In this document: piece after piece, positions 1-9,907 of the stretch | Numbering within the stretch: the stretch's first letter is position 1 | Layout: each line of letters opens with the position of its first letter | Program-made: the position numbers and the translations under genes | Source: Thermodesulfovibrionales bacterium | GTDB taxonomy: Bacteria; Nitrospirota; Thermodesulfovibrionia; Thermodesulfovibrionales; UBA9159 | Direction of reading: 5' to 3' | NCBI GenBank assembly: GCA_919901585.1 | Contig: CAKKPH010000085.1 | Span: 1 to 56,233 of the forward strand | Length of the DNA: 56,233 nucleotides | The notes under the pieces: model-generated | Seen by the model: only the letters and a program-made list of their open reading frames with translations | What the model was told of the DNA's origin: nothing | Database searches by the model: none

Positions 1-15
1 AAAATTAATAGACCT

Positions 16-50
16 TCCCAATTAGGCTTTACGTCCCAATTAGGCTTTAC
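16..50. repeat. Two tandem copies of a 17-nt unit TCCCAATTAGGCTTTAC (period 18) just 3' of the rlmI-like gene
   Basis: Direct reading shows the identical 17-mer at 16-32 and 34-50, separated by one G. It lies at the window edge, so the context is incomplete. Confidence 0.6.
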
Positions 51-79
51 ACACGGCTCCCCGATCGTGATATACCGGT

Positions 80-1243
80 TCAGATTATCTCCATAAACGC
101 GCATTTGAGATATTCCGTCTCCGGCATTGACAGCAGCACCGGGTGGTCCTTTGCCTGCGACCGCATCTCTATGAGCCTGACCTGCCTGCATGCGTCTCTG
201 GCGGCTGACCGTAACATATCTATGAATGATTCTTTATCTATGTGATACGAACACGAGGACGTTGCAAGCAGCCCGCCTTTCTTTAAAATACGCATTGCAT
301 TGGCATTTATCTCCCTGTAACCCCTTAAGGCATCTTTTACCTGTGTCTTGCTCTTTACGAATGCCGGGGGGTCAAGGACTATGAAATCGTATTGCTTCTT
401 TAATGATATCTCTTCCTTCAGGAACCCAAAGACATCAGCCTTAATGAATCTGCACTTCTCTGAAAGTCTGTTAAGCTCAGCATTCCTCTCTGCAACCGAG
501 ATCGCAGTTTCTGACCCGTCAACGAATATTACGGATTCATTATTTCTAACAAGATGAATTCCCCACGCCCCTGTATTGCAGAAAAGGTCGAGCCCCTCTC
601 CGCCTTTCACAAGCCTGCTAAATGCGATACGGTTTTCCCTCTGGTCAAGGAAAAAGCCTGTCTTCTGGCCAGACATAGGATTTATCTCAAAAGAGAGCGA
701 TTTTTCGTGAATTATCGGAAGCCTGTCAAGAGCGCCCTTAACTATCCTCTTATCCTGCCTTAGCCCTTCAAGCTGACGCGAATGGCTGTCATTTCGGAGT
801 ACGATCAAAGAAGGCGAAAAAATTTCATCAAGAATCCCGAGGATAACATCAGTCCATCCCTCCATACCCATAGTCAGTATCTGTACTGAAAGACAGTCCG
901 CATACTTGTCAACAATAAGGCCGGGGATAAGGTCTCCCTCGCTGAAGACTACCCTGAAGGAATCAAAATCACTTAAAAACCTTTTGCGGTATTCTATTGC
1001 TGCTATGATCCTTTGCCTGAAAAACTCAGTATTTATATCTTCCCTCTGTGTGGTGAGAATCCTCACGGCGATAAGGGAGTGAGGGTTTATATAGCCTAAA
1101 CCGAGAAAGGCGTCCTTCCTGTCTCTAAGTTCAACAAGAGACCCGGGGCTGAACTTCTTCGGGTTCGTCTTCAGCTCATTAGAGAAAACCCACAAATGGC
1201 CCGCGAGTATCCTCGATGTGCGGTTAAGATAGACAACGTCCAT
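80..1243 (-). CDS. rlmI: Class I SAM-dependent rRNA (cytosine-C5) methyltransferase, RlmI/YwbD-like (PUA-like N-terminus plus Rossmann MTase)
   Basis: 387-aa ORF. It has the SAM motif I-like GLDLFCNTGAWG, motif IV VLDPPAF, and the catalytic-Cys region LATSSCS. Confidence 0.75.
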   Translation of the reverse strand: MDVVYLNRTSRILAGHLWVFSNELKTNPKKFSPGSLVELRDRKDAFLGLGYINPHSLIAVRILTTQREDINTEFFRQRIIAAIEYRKRFLSDFDSFRVVFSEGDLIPGLIVDKYADCLSVQILTMGMEGWTDVILGILDEIFSPSLIVLRNDSHSRQLEGLRQDKRIVKGALDRLPIIHEKSLSFEINPMSGQKTGFFLDQRENRIAFSRLVKGGEGLDLFCNTGAWGIHLVRNNESVIFVDGSETAISVAERNAELNRLSEKCRFIKADVFGFLKEEISLKKQYDFIVLDPPAFVKSKTQVKDALRGYREINANAMRILKKGGLLATSSCSYHIDKESFIDMLRSAARDACRQVRLIEMRSQAKDHPVLLSMPETEYLKCAFMEII

Positions 1244-1353
1244 GTACTATAATGGAGCATACTGATTTTGAAATGCAAATTGCCTTGTCTGGAATCTTTG
1301 CATTTTTGGCTTATGAGGTGATAAAATTTATAATTCTTATATAATCACGGGGA

Positions 1354-2814
1354 ATGAAGGTGGAACTCTCGAAGCTCACAATATCAGAACTCAGAGGACT
1401 CCTTGACAGGAAAGAGGTCACTGTCAGGGAAGTAGTCGATTCCGTCTATAAAAGGATTGATTCTGTCGAGGACAGGATCAGGGCTTTTGTCACAATTACG
1501 CGGGACAAGGCATATGAAATGGCCTCTGTTTCAGGCAACAGAGCAGTAAACGATAATTCCATGCCGCTCAGAGGCATACCAATAGCAGTAAAAGACAATA
1601 TGTGCACAAAGGGCATAAGGACAACATGCTCTTCAAAGATACTCCACAGCTTTATCCCTCCGTATGAGAGCACAGCCACAGCGCGTCTGATTGAGAACGG
1701 CTATATACTCACCGGCAAGACAAATCTTGATGAGTTCGCAATGGGGTCATCAACGGAAAATTCAGGATTTCATACTACGAGAAACCCGTGGGATCTCGAA
1801 AGGATTCCCGGGGGCAGCAGCGGCGGTTCTGCAGCAGCAGTCGCCTCTGATGAATGCATTGCTGCCCTCGGTTCTGACACGGGCGGGTCAATAAGACAGC
1901 CCGCAGCGCTCTGCGGCATTGTCGGCCTTAAACCTACGTATGGACGCGTATCGAGATATGGCCTTGTCGCGTTTGCATCATCCCTTGACCAGATAGGGCC
2001 TCTGACCAAGAATGTAATGGACTCTGCAATAATGCTGAATGCCATATCAGGACATGACCCTCTCGATTCTACATCAGCAGAGGCCGGTGTGCCTGACCAT
2101 ACATCCACTCTCGGAAGAGATATAAAGGGCATGAAGATCGGGATCCCGAATGAATATTTTATCGATGGGATGGACAAGGATGTGGAAGGAGCGGTAAAAA
2201 AAGCTATAAACCAGCTTGAATCACTCGGTGCCGTACCCGTTGAAGTTACCCTGCCTCACACCAGCTATGCTGTCGCGGCATATTACATCCTCGCCACGTC
2301 AGAGGCATCGTCTAACCTTGCAAGGTATGACGGGGTGAAGTACGGGTTCAGGGCGGCGGGCAAGGACCTGCTCGAGACATATATGAACACAAGGGCTCAG
2401 GGATTCAGCCCTGAGGTGAAGAGAAGGATAATGCTCGGCACGTATGCCCTTTCCTCAGGCTATTACGATGCATACTATAAAAAGGCACAGCAGGTGAGGA
2501 CATTAATAAAAAGAGACTTCGAAGAGGCGTTCAAGGCTGTGGATGTGATTGTTACTCCGACAACGCCCACTGCAGCATTTAAGATTGGAGAAAAGGCTGA
2601 TGATCCTTTACAGATGTATCTATCTGATATATTCACTATCTCTGTCAATCTTGCAGGTGTGCCTGGAATTTCTATCCCCTGCGGATTCACATCAAACAGT
2701 TTACCTATCGGCTTGCAGATAATTGGAAAACACTTTGACGAGGAAACTGTACTAATGGCCGCTTACGCCTATGAACAGAGTACAGAGTGGCACAAGAGGA
2801 AACCATGTCTATAA
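1354..2814 (+). CDS. gatA: Glutamyl-tRNA(Gln)/aspartyl-tRNA(Asn) amidotransferase subunit A
   Basis: 486 aa with the amidase signature [15 protein letters not shown]. It sits immediately upstream of gatB. Confidence 0.95.
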   Translation: MKVELSKLTISELRGLLDRKEVTVREVVDSVYKRIDSVEDRIRAFVTITRDKAYEMASVSGNRAVNDNSMPLRGIPIAVKDNMCTKGIRTTCSSKILHSFIPPYESTATARLIENGYILTGKTNLDEFAMGSSTENSGFHTTRNPWDLERIPGGSSGGSAAAVASDECIAALGSDTGGSIRQPAALCGIVGLKPTYGRVSRYGLVAFASSLDQIGPLTKNVMDSAIMLNAISGHDPLDSTSAEAGVPDHTSTLGRDIKGMKIGIPNEYFIDGMDKDVEGAVKKAINQLESLGAVPVEVTLPHTSYAVAAYYILATSEASSNLARYDGVKYGFRAAGKDLLETYMNTRAQGFSPEVKRRIMLGTYALSSGYYDAYYKKAQQVRTLIKRDFEEAFKAVDVIVTPTTPTAAFKIGEKADDPLQMYLSDIFTISVNLAGVPGISIPCGFTSNSLPIGLQIIGKHFDEETVLMAAYAYEQSTEWHKRKPCL

Positions 2815-2837
2815 GGAATTATAAGGAATTAGATATT

Positions 2838-4265
2838 ATGACCTACGAAGCAGTGATAGGCCTCGAAGTCCATGCTCAGATGATGACAGAATCGAAGATG
2901 TTCTGCGGATGTCCGACAAAATTCGGCTCTGAACCGAATAGCCAGACATGTCCTGTATGCATCGGCATGCCTGGCGTCCTGCCTGTGATAAACAGGAAGG
3001 CAGTCGAATTCGCGGTCAGGACAGGCCTTGCTGCTGACTGCACGATATCATCCTACAGCCGGTTCGCCAGGAAAAACTATTTTTACCCTGATCTGCCGAA
3101 AGGTTACCAGATTAGCCAGTATGAACTGCCAATGTGTGAAGGCGGTCACATAGATATAGTTGTCGATGGCGTAAAGAAAAGAGTTGGACTGACGCGCATT
3201 CACATGGAAGAAGACGCCGGCAAGAATATCCATGAAGGTACAGGCAATTACAGTTTTGTTGATCTGAACCGTGCAGGGACTCCCCTGATGGAGATAGTGT
3301 CCGAACCTGATATAAGGAGCCCAAAAGAGGCTGCGGAATATATGAAAAAAATAAGAGCCATAGTGCGTTATCTTGGCGTCTGTGACGGCAATATGGAACA
3401 AGGCTCCCTCCGGTGTGATGCAAATGTCTCTGTACGACCTCTGGGACAAAAAGAATTTGGTGTTAAGGCCGAAATAAAAAATATAAACTCCTTCAGGTTT
3501 GTTGAGAAGGCTCTGGAATACGAGATAAAACGACAGATTGGCATACTTGATGATGGAGGTAGGATTATACAGGAGACGAGACTCTGGGATCCATCGACAA
3601 ACACCACACAGTCCATGAGGACAAAGGAAGAGGCGCATGATTACAGGTATTTCCCTGAGCCGGACCTTGTGCCTATTGTTGCTGATGAGAAATGGATTGA
3701 TGAGATACGGGACTCTCTTCCTGAACTGCCTGATGCAAAGAGAGAAAGGTTTATATCAGAATACGGTTTGCCGGAATATGATGCTGACTTCCTGACATCA
3801 GAAAAAGCAATTGCACAATGGTTTGAAGATGCTGTCAAGGCAGGAGCAAATCCTAAAGCGGCATCAAATTGGATGATGGTCGAGCTAACGGGCCTTCTTA
3901 ATGAAGAAAATAAAAACATGGATGAATGCCCTCTTAAGCCTGTTCAACTTGCGGGTATGTTACGACTCATCGATAATGGAACTATCAGCGGCAAGATTGC
4001 GAAGACCGTTTTTGAGGAGATTTATAAAACAGGCAAGGATGCAGATGCAATAGTCAAAGAAAAAGGGCTTATTCAGATAAGCGATACCGGAGAGATAGAG
4101 AAGATCGTAGATGAGGTGATTGCCAAAAACCATGCAGAAGCAGAGAGATTCAGGGCTGGAGATGAAAAGCTCATAGGCTTCTTTGTCGGCCAGGTGATGA
4201 AACTGACAAAGGGAAAAGCTAACCCACAGGTCGTGAATGACCTGCTCAGGAAGAAACTCTCTTGA
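2838..4265 (+). CDS. gatB: Glutamyl-tRNA(Gln)/aspartyl-tRNA(Asn) amidotransferase subunit B
   Basis: Canonical N-terminus [15 protein letters not shown], the [11 protein letters not shown] motif, and a C-terminal GatB/YqeY domain. The ATG at 2838 fits homologues better than the ORF-track start at 2787, which overlaps gatA. Confidence 0.93.
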   Translation: MTYEAVIGLEVHAQMMTESKMFCGCPTKFGSEPNSQTCPVCIGMPGVLPVINRKAVEFAVRTGLAADCTISSYSRFARKNYFYPDLPKGYQISQYELPMCEGGHIDIVVDGVKKRVGLTRIHMEEDAGKNIHEGTGNYSFVDLNRAGTPLMEIVSEPDIRSPKEAAEYMKKIRAIVRYLGVCDGNMEQGSLRCDANVSVRPLGQKEFGVKAEIKNINSFRFVEKALEYEIKRQIGILDDGGRIIQETRLWDPSTNTTQSMRTKEEAHDYRYFPEPDLVPIVADEKWIDEIRDSLPELPDAKRERFISEYGLPEYDADFLTSEKAIAQWFEDAVKAGANPKAASNWMMVELTGLLNEENKNMDECPLKPVQLAGMLRLIDNGTISGKIAKTVFEEIYKTGKDADAIVKEKGLIQISDTGEIEKIVDEVIAKNHAEAERFRAGDEKLIGFFVGQVMKLTKGKANPQVVNDLLRKKLS

Positions 4266-4268
4266 ACA

Positions 4269-4853
4269 CTAAACCTTGAATCCTGAATTGTCCCTTCCCG
4301 ATCTCCAGACTGCGTACGCCCTCTGAATAACGGTTACATGCGTCAGCACAAACATTATCCAGAGCACAGGCAATAACCAGCCTGTCAATAAAGCAAAAAT
4401 CAGCATGATTATCCTCTCAGGTCTTTCCATCAGTCCTTCCCTGTTGTCTATCCCGAGCCCCTCTGCCCTTGCCCTTGCATAACTAACAAGCAAGGCGCCG
4501 AGCATTGTCCCGAGGCTCAGGAAGGAGCCTGTATGGTCGCCGCCTGACGCGAGATACCATGCTATCGAGAGCAGTATAAAGGCATCAGAGTATCTGTCGA
4601 GAAGGGAGTCGAGGAATGCGCCGAACCTCGATGTCCTGCCGTTGACCCTTGCAACCACACCATCAAGGATATCGAAAATGCCCCCGGAAAGGATCAGCAA
4701 TCCTCCTGCAAGCAAGTTAAAGGGTATAACAAGTGCAGCAATGGTCGTTATCAGGAAACCAGCTAAGGTCAGGAAATTGGGGTGTATGCTGATCACCCTC
4801 GCAACAGGGAAAAGAGGCTTATCGAGAAAATGACCCAACCTGTGGCTGATCAT
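4269..4853 (-). CDS. CDP-alcohol phosphatidyltransferase family protein (size and motif fit phosphatidylinositol-phosphate or DIPP-synthase-like enzymes)
   Basis: 194-aa polytopic membrane protein. It carries the exact family motif D-G-x2-A-R-x8-G-x3-D-x3-D in DGVVARVNGRTSRFGAFLDSLLD. Confidence 0.85.
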   Translation of the reverse strand: MISHRLGHFLDKPLFPVARVISIHPNFLTLAGFLITTIAALVIPFNLLAGGLLILSGGIFDILDGVVARVNGRTSRFGAFLDSLLDRYSDAFILLSIAWYLASGGDHTGSFLSLGTMLGALLVSYARARAEGLGIDNREGLMERPERIIMLIFALLTGWLLPVLWIMFVLTHVTVIQRAYAVWRSGRDNSGFKV

Positions 4854-4902
4854 CTTTGTTTGGTCCTGTCTGAAGATACTGTTAAATTACAACCTCTCAC
4901 CA

Positions 4903-6159
4903 TCAGAAGAGTATTACCTCAACCGTATCACCTTCCTGAATCCCCCTTACATGAGACGGCAATACAACAACCCCTGCTGCCTTGACCAGGGTGCGGATAA
5001 GCCCGGACTTGCCGAGCACGGGCACTGCCCATAATTCACCGCCTCTCTCTTCTATCGAGACCCTGACATGTTCTTCCCTTCCTGAGCCCGAGGATATATT
5101 TTTTGCAATCCTTGCATGAACAGACCTCCTCGTGTTCAGACTTATATTTTCAGTTGCACCTGTGAGCCTCCTTATGACCGGCCTCACGAACAACTCAAAA
5201 CATACAGTCACTGCAGCAGGGTGTCCCGGAAGCCCAAAAACCGGTTTCCCTCCTATTACCCCTCCGATAGTAGGTTTGCCTGGCTTAAGTGCGACCCCGT
5301 GAAACAGGACACCCGGAGAACCGAGACTGTCGATGATGCTGTGTGTCATATCCTTTGTGCCAACAGAACTCCCGCCTGTAATAATAACCATATCAGAGTC
5401 CTCAATAGACTCCCTGACAACATCCCTTATCGCATCGTAAGAGTCCTTGAACAGGCCCTTTTTTACAGGAACCGCTCCGCACTCCATTGTCAGGCCAAAG
5501 AGGTTGTATGAATTAACATCCCTCACCTGTCCAGGCTTAAGAGGACTTTCAGCAGGCACTATCTCATCACCTGTAGATATTATTGAGACACGGGGTTCAG
5601 CGTATACATCCACCAAGGTTATCCCGAGTGCAGCGAGCGCAGCGATGTCCTGAGGCCTAAGCGTGCTGCCCCTTGCGAGCACCATCTCACCCTTTTTTAT
5701 ATCCTCGCCTGCTGATATCACATTTTCTCCGGGAGCTGCAGGTTTGAGCACCTCGATAAGGCCTCCGTCAACCTGCTGCGTATGCTCGAACATCACAACT
5801 GCATCGCTGCCCCCGGGCAGCATCCCGCCCGTCGCTATCTTTGCTGCAGCCCCTCTTTTGACGATAAAACGAGGCTCCTCGCCCATAAGGATATCGCCGG
5901 TTATGTTCAGATATGCAGGCAAGCCCTCAGTTGCGCCGAAGGTGTCTGCTGAAATAACTGCATAACCATCAACAGTCGACCGCGAAAAGGCAGGTAGGTC
6001 TTCTGAAGAGTAAATGTTTTCGGACAGGACCCGCTGATATGCTTTCTCGATCAATATCCTGACTGTGGTGGAGGGCTCTCTAACACTGATATGCTCAAAC
6101 AGCAGTCTCTGAGCCTCATGGACAGGGATGGCATCCTCTCTGCCGAGCATATCGCGCAT
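4903..6159 (-). CDS. moeA: Molybdopterin molybdotransferase MoeA
   Basis: 418 aa with the MoeA N/linker domains, an MoCF-biosynthesis domain (SIISTGDEIV, VIITGGSSVG) and the MoeA C-terminal barrel. Confidence 0.9.
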   Translation of the reverse strand: MRDMLGREDAIPVHEAQRLLFEHISVREPSTTVRILIEKAYQRVLSENIYSSEDLPAFSRSTVDGYAVISADTFGATEGLPAYLNITGDILMGEEPRFIVKRGAAAKIATGGMLPGGSDAVVMFEHTQQVDGGLIEVLKPAAPGENVISAGEDIKKGEMVLARGSTLRPQDIAALAALGITLVDVYAEPRVSIISTGDEIVPAESPLKPGQVRDVNSYNLFGLTMECGAVPVKKGLFKDSYDAIRDVVRESIEDSDMVIITGGSSVGTKDMTHSIIDSLGSPGVLFHGVALKPGKPTIGGVIGGKPVFGLPGHPAAVTVCFELFVRPVIRRLTGATENISLNTRRSVHARIAKNISSGSGREEHVRVSIEERGGELWAVPVLGKSGLIRTLVKAAGVVVLPSHVRGIQEGDTVEVILF

Positions 6160-6194
6160 TATTACAGTATATGCATCAACCTTTTATTGTAATA

Positions 6195-6938
6195 TCAATG
6201 GACAACAGCTATAGGATTGTCATTGATAACTGCCGAATCCCTTCCATTGCTCAGGATGTCAACTATCCTGTCGATGGATTCGATATGGAACTGCTGTATC
6301 TCCTCCCTCGAAAAGTACGGGAAGATTGAGGCACTGATGGCAGTTCTATGTGCAAGGCTGACAGGCCTCTCCTTATTAAAGACTGAAAGAAAAAGCATTC
6401 CCTTAAATATCCTCTTGTTCGTCTTAAATGAAAACAGCGCCCTCTCGAGTGACTTTTCGAGAAAGATATCATTCCTCTGCTGCACATTCCTGTCTATCCT
6501 CACTGCCTGCACCCAGTATTTCCTGTCAATAATCCTGTCTGCCCTTATCTCGTTTAGGGTATGGCCGATGTTCTTTGTATTATTTGTGAAACTCCCGTGC
6601 GCAACCGTATCTGCTGCAAGATGGCTCATATAACCATAAACAAAGGCCTTCTGCTGCTGAGTCCTTGCAGAGTCAAGCAGGTTCAGCGCAACATCCCAGC
6701 TATGAGGATGCTTGTCATCGGGAAGGAACTTCTTTCCTATTATGATGTCTGCCATCAGATTGCCGTAGAGAAAGTCATGTCTGTACTTTTTAAGCAGGGA
6801 ATATATGCCTGCAGGAAGGAGATAACCGAGAGAGAGTATCTCGCTGCCGAGATAGACATGAGTAAGCGGCCCCCAGGCAAATGCAATAGACGGCAATAGC
6901 AGGACAGAAAGAAAAAATACTATCTTTAAAAACCTCAT
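6195..6938 (-). CDS. Secreted zinc-dependent phospholipase C family protein
   Basis: The predicted signal-peptide cleavage AFA|WGPLTH would expose an N-terminal Trp followed by His, as in Zn-PLC family proteins. Further His/Asp clusters are HPHSWD and HLAADTVAH. Confidence 0.55.
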   Translation of the reverse strand: MRFLKIVFFLSVLLLPSIAFAWGPLTHVYLGSEILSLGYLLPAGIYSLLKKYRHDFLYGNLMADIIIGKKFLPDDKHPHSWDVALNLLDSARTQQQKAFVYGYMSHLAADTVAHGSFTNNTKNIGHTLNEIRADRIIDRKYWVQAVRIDRNVQQRNDIFLEKSLERALFSFKTNKRIFKGMLFLSVFNKERPVSLAHRTAISASIFPYFSREEIQQFHIESIDRIVDILSNGRDSAVINDNPIAVVH

Positions 6939-8392
6939 TTCATCTCCTTTAATAAAGTCGACAGGAGCCTGACTCCAACGCCGGTTGCTCCCTTAAGTGT
7001 ATACGGCCTGTCCTTGTCAGCCCAGGCTACAGAGGCGATGTCGAGATGCACCCATGGAACCTCGCCAGCGAACTCTTTCAAAAAATATGCTGCTGTAACA
7101 AGCGAACCTGTCTTGCCTCCTGTATTTTTAATGTCGGCAATATCGCTCTTTATGTACTCTCCGTATTCCTCGTAAAGCGGCATCTGCCACACCCTCTCGT
7201 ATGTCTCGTCACCTGCAGCCTTCATCCTGCTTATCAGAGGATCATCATTACCCATCATAGCAATCGCCTCATTGCCGAGGGCCACTGAGCAGGCTCCTGT
7301 AAGTGTTGCTATATCTATTATAGCCTTTGGCTTTAATTTTTTTGCATATCCTATGGCGTCTGCAAGTGCGAGCCTGCCCTCTGCATCGGTATTTATTATC
7401 TCGACTGTCTTGCCGTTTATGGTCCTGACAATGTCACCGGGTTTTGATGCAGAGCCACCGGGCAGGTTCTCTGCTGCAGGCAAAATACCTATAAGGTTCA
7501 GCGGCAGCTTATATCCAGAAGCGAGCCTTATGACAGCAAGCACAACAGCACCCCCTGCCATATCGTACTTCATTTTTTCCATGCCCTCACCCGGCTTTAT
7601 AGAGATGCCTCCGCTGTCAAAGGTGATGGACTTCCCGATTAATGCAACAGGCGCTCCATCGCCTCCATTATATCTCAGTACAATGAACTTAGGCGGCTCG
7701 ACCGAGCCTTTCGAGACAGAAAGGTAAGCTCCCATGCCTTCTCTTTCCGAATCTTTCCTCTCCAAAACCCTTACCGATACCTTTCCTTTTGCAAGCGATT
7801 TAGCCACATCTGCAAGCCTGCCCGGAGTCATATCATTTGACGGTGTATTAATAAGGTCCTTGGCAAAGTTCACAGTTGACGCAAGCGCTGTAACCCATTT
7901 GATTGATTCACGGAGATGCTTATCAGGCCTGCTGATGACCATCATGCTTTTGAGGCCCTTTGCCTCTTTATCTGATTTATACTTACTGAATTTATAAACA
8001 GCCAGCAGGCTCCCCTCGACAAAATCTGACGGCAAATGCCCGAGAGATGATAAATAACGTGCGGATAGCGCAATATCCTTCAGCCCGAGGCCGGCAAGAA
8101 GAGATGCTGCCTTGCCGCCTGCCTGTCTTATCTTCTCTCTTGATATCTCTTTCTTCCTGCCAAGACCGGCCAATAAAATCCTGTCCGGCCTTATCATGTC
8201 ACTTGTATGCAGCAATGTCATTTGATTATGTTTACCCTCAAACTCGCCTGAGGAAATTATTTTTTTGATGAGGCTGCCTGCTGCAGGACCAATATACTTT
8301 AAACTGGCTCCTGCATCACCTTCGCATAAAGGCAGGATGAGTGCGTCAGAGGCGCAATCTGCCTCTTTTATATCTTTGAGGTAGACTTTCAT
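6935..8392 (-). CDS. pepA: Leucyl aminopeptidase (M17 family)
   Basis: 485 aa with the M17 signature NTDAEGRLALAD and metal-ligand regions. Confidence 0.92.
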   Translation of the reverse strand: MKVYLKDIKEADCASDALILPLCEGDAGASLKYIGPAAGSLIKKIISSGEFEGKHNQMTLLHTSDMIRPDRILLAGLGRKKEISREKIRQAGGKAASLLAGLGLKDIALSARYLSSLGHLPSDFVEGSLLAVYKFSKYKSDKEAKGLKSMMVISRPDKHLRESIKWVTALASTVNFAKDLINTPSNDMTPGRLADVAKSLAKGKVSVRVLERKDSEREGMGAYLSVSKGSVEPPKFIVLRYNGGDGAPVALIGKSITFDSGGISIKPGEGMEKMKYDMAGGAVVLAVIRLASGYKLPLNLIGILPAAENLPGGSASKPGDIVRTINGKTVEIINTDAEGRLALADAIGYAKKLKPKAIIDIATLTGACSVALGNEAIAMMGNDDPLISRMKAAGDETYERVWQMPLYEEYGEYIKSDIADIKNTGGKTGSLVTAAYFLKEFAGEVPWVHLDIASVAWADKDRPYTLKGATGVGVRLLSTLLKEMK

Positions 8393-8544
8393 AGATTCAA
8401 CACGGCTTTTTTTATTTTATCATAAATCATGACAGGATGCCATCAAAACTTGTTCTGTCTTGTGATTATTGCTTTTGATTATTGCTGTTGACTAAGCCGG
8501 AGCTTTTGTGTTAATTTTTCTGAATATCCCTAATAGGAGACCTT

Positions 8545-9174
8545 ATGGCAAGCAAGAAATCTAAGCAACCTAAAAAGAATATCCAGGCAAGAAAGCCTGC
8601 AGTCAAGGTGAAGAAGTCTGACAAGAAAATGGAAAAGGTCAATAAATCCAATAAAACAAAGGGCATCACCAAGACAACAAAAACCATAAAAACAACGAAA
8701 CCAAAAGTGGTGGGCAAGCCGGCCGCCATAAAAACAAAAAAGAGCATAGCGACTGCAAAAACTGCTAAGAACAGATCAAAGGAACCTTTCGATAAAACAA
8801 AGAAAAATCTGACCCCAAGAGAAAAGGCAATACAGAGGATGAGACAGAAGCTGCTGATGCAGAGGGCATCTTTGCTCGCTGAGGCTGAACAGGCGTTGAA
8901 TTCACTGCCCGGCCAGACAATATTCCCTGACCTCGGTGACCAGGCAAGCGCAGAGGTAGACAGAAACTTTATGCTCCGGCTCAGGGGCCGCGAACAGAAG
9001 CTCCTGAAGAAGATCGATTCGTCCATAGAAAAGGTCGACAACGGCACATTCGGCATATGCGAGGTATGCGGGCAGGATATAGACCTCAAGAGATTAGAGG
9101 TGAGGCCTGTAACAACCATGTGCATACAATGCAAGTTGGAGCAGGAAGAGGAAGAGAAGCTGAGGGGGACATAA
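8545..9174 (+). CDS. DksA/TraR-family C4 zinc-finger protein with a long lysine-rich N-terminal extension
   Basis: The C-terminus has C-x2-C-x17-C-x2-C (CEVCGQDIDLKRLEVRPVTTMCIQC), preceded by a DksA-like coiled coil. An AGGAGA SD lies 4 nt before the ATG. About 31 of the first 95 residues are Lys. Confidence 0.7.
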   Translation: MASKKSKQPKKNIQARKPAVKVKKSDKKMEKVNKSNKTKGITKTTKTIKTTKPKVVGKPAAIKTKKSIATAKTAKNRSKEPFDKTKKNLTPREKAIQRMRQKLLMQRASLLAEAEQALNSLPGQTIFPDLGDQASAEVDRNFMLRLRGREQKLLKKIDSSIEKVDNGTFGICEVCGQDIDLKRLEVRPVTTMCIQCKLEQEEEEKLRGT

Positions 9175-9302
9175 GTTATATTGCCGTTAACTTAATCGCT
9201 AAATCCTTAAAGCCTTTTTTGCCCGCCAGGACCGATACCCGGGATCCATCACCCGCACTTCTCCTTAAAATATGATGGAGGCCCTTCATATCGCCTTAAA
9301 TC

Positions 9303-9330
9303 TTGACAGAATCAGGCAAGTTAATATATA
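9303..9330 (+). promoter_or_regulatory. Candidate sigma-70 promoter for hsp20 (TTGACA-N16-TATATA)
   Basis: TTGACA lies at 9303-9308 and TATATA at 9325-9330, about 40 nt upstream of the hsp20 ATG. This is a motif match only. Confidence 0.4.
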
Positions 9331-9369
9331 AAATCAGAATGAATGAATATCTTAAAATAAGGCATATTT

Positions 9370-9807
9370 ATGATAAAGCGTGATTCCCTGCGGGACCTCA
9401 TTTCGATACAGGACAGGGTAAACCGGCTATTTGAGGATGCTCTTAATACAGGCAAAACGACCGGCGAGACCCCGAAAGGGACATGGTCTCCTGCTGTCGA
9501 CATCTTCGAGACAGAAAATGAATTTGTCGTCAAGGCTGAGGTGCCTGAGATAAAACAGTCCGACATAGACATAAGGGTTCAGGGCAATATCCTTACCATC
9601 GAGGGCGAGCGTAAGCTCTATACTACTACGCTGGAGGGCTATCACAGGATAGAGCGTGCCCACGGAAGGTTTGTGAGGTCATTCCTCCTCCCGGGTACTG
9701 TAGATCAGGACAATATCAGGGCTACCCTTAAGGACGGCATACTGACGGTCTCACTCCCTAAGATGATTGAAGTAATGCCCAAACAAATAGAGATAACAGA
9801 GAGATAG
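9370..9807 (+). CDS. Hsp20/alpha-crystallin family small heat-shock protein
   Basis: 145 aa with an alpha-crystallin domain (AEVPEIKQSDIDIRVQGNILTIEGERK ... GRFVRSFLLPG). Confidence 0.92.
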   Translation: MIKRDSLRDLISIQDRVNRLFEDALNTGKTTGETPKGTWSPAVDIFETENEFVVKAEVPEIKQSDIDIRVQGNILTIEGERKLYTTTLEGYHRIERAHGRFVRSFLLPGTVDQDNIRATLKDGILTVSLPKMIEVMPKQIEITER

Positions 9808-9907
9808 GTGTTATTAAGGCAGTATTAAGTGCCTTGTATTCATCTTAGGTAATTAGTCTTTAGTCTTTATTTCCAGATACTAACTTATTTTTGCTGAAAG
9901 GAAGCTG

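Noticed and set aside
2788-2793. TGGCAC hexamer as a possible sigma-54 -24 element (a second one lies at 56108-56113)
   Set aside because: Neither has TTGC at the N5 spacing (TGGCACAAGAGGAAA and TGGCACGTGCCGCAC), and both lie inside coding sequence.
8511-9134. 207-aa minus-strand ORF opposite the DksA-like gene
   Set aside because: It is the antisense shadow of the lysine-rich (AAR-codon) region, giving Phe/Leu-rich low-complexity sequence. It has no SD and no recognisable domain. The + strand ORF has an SD and a complete zinc-finger motif.
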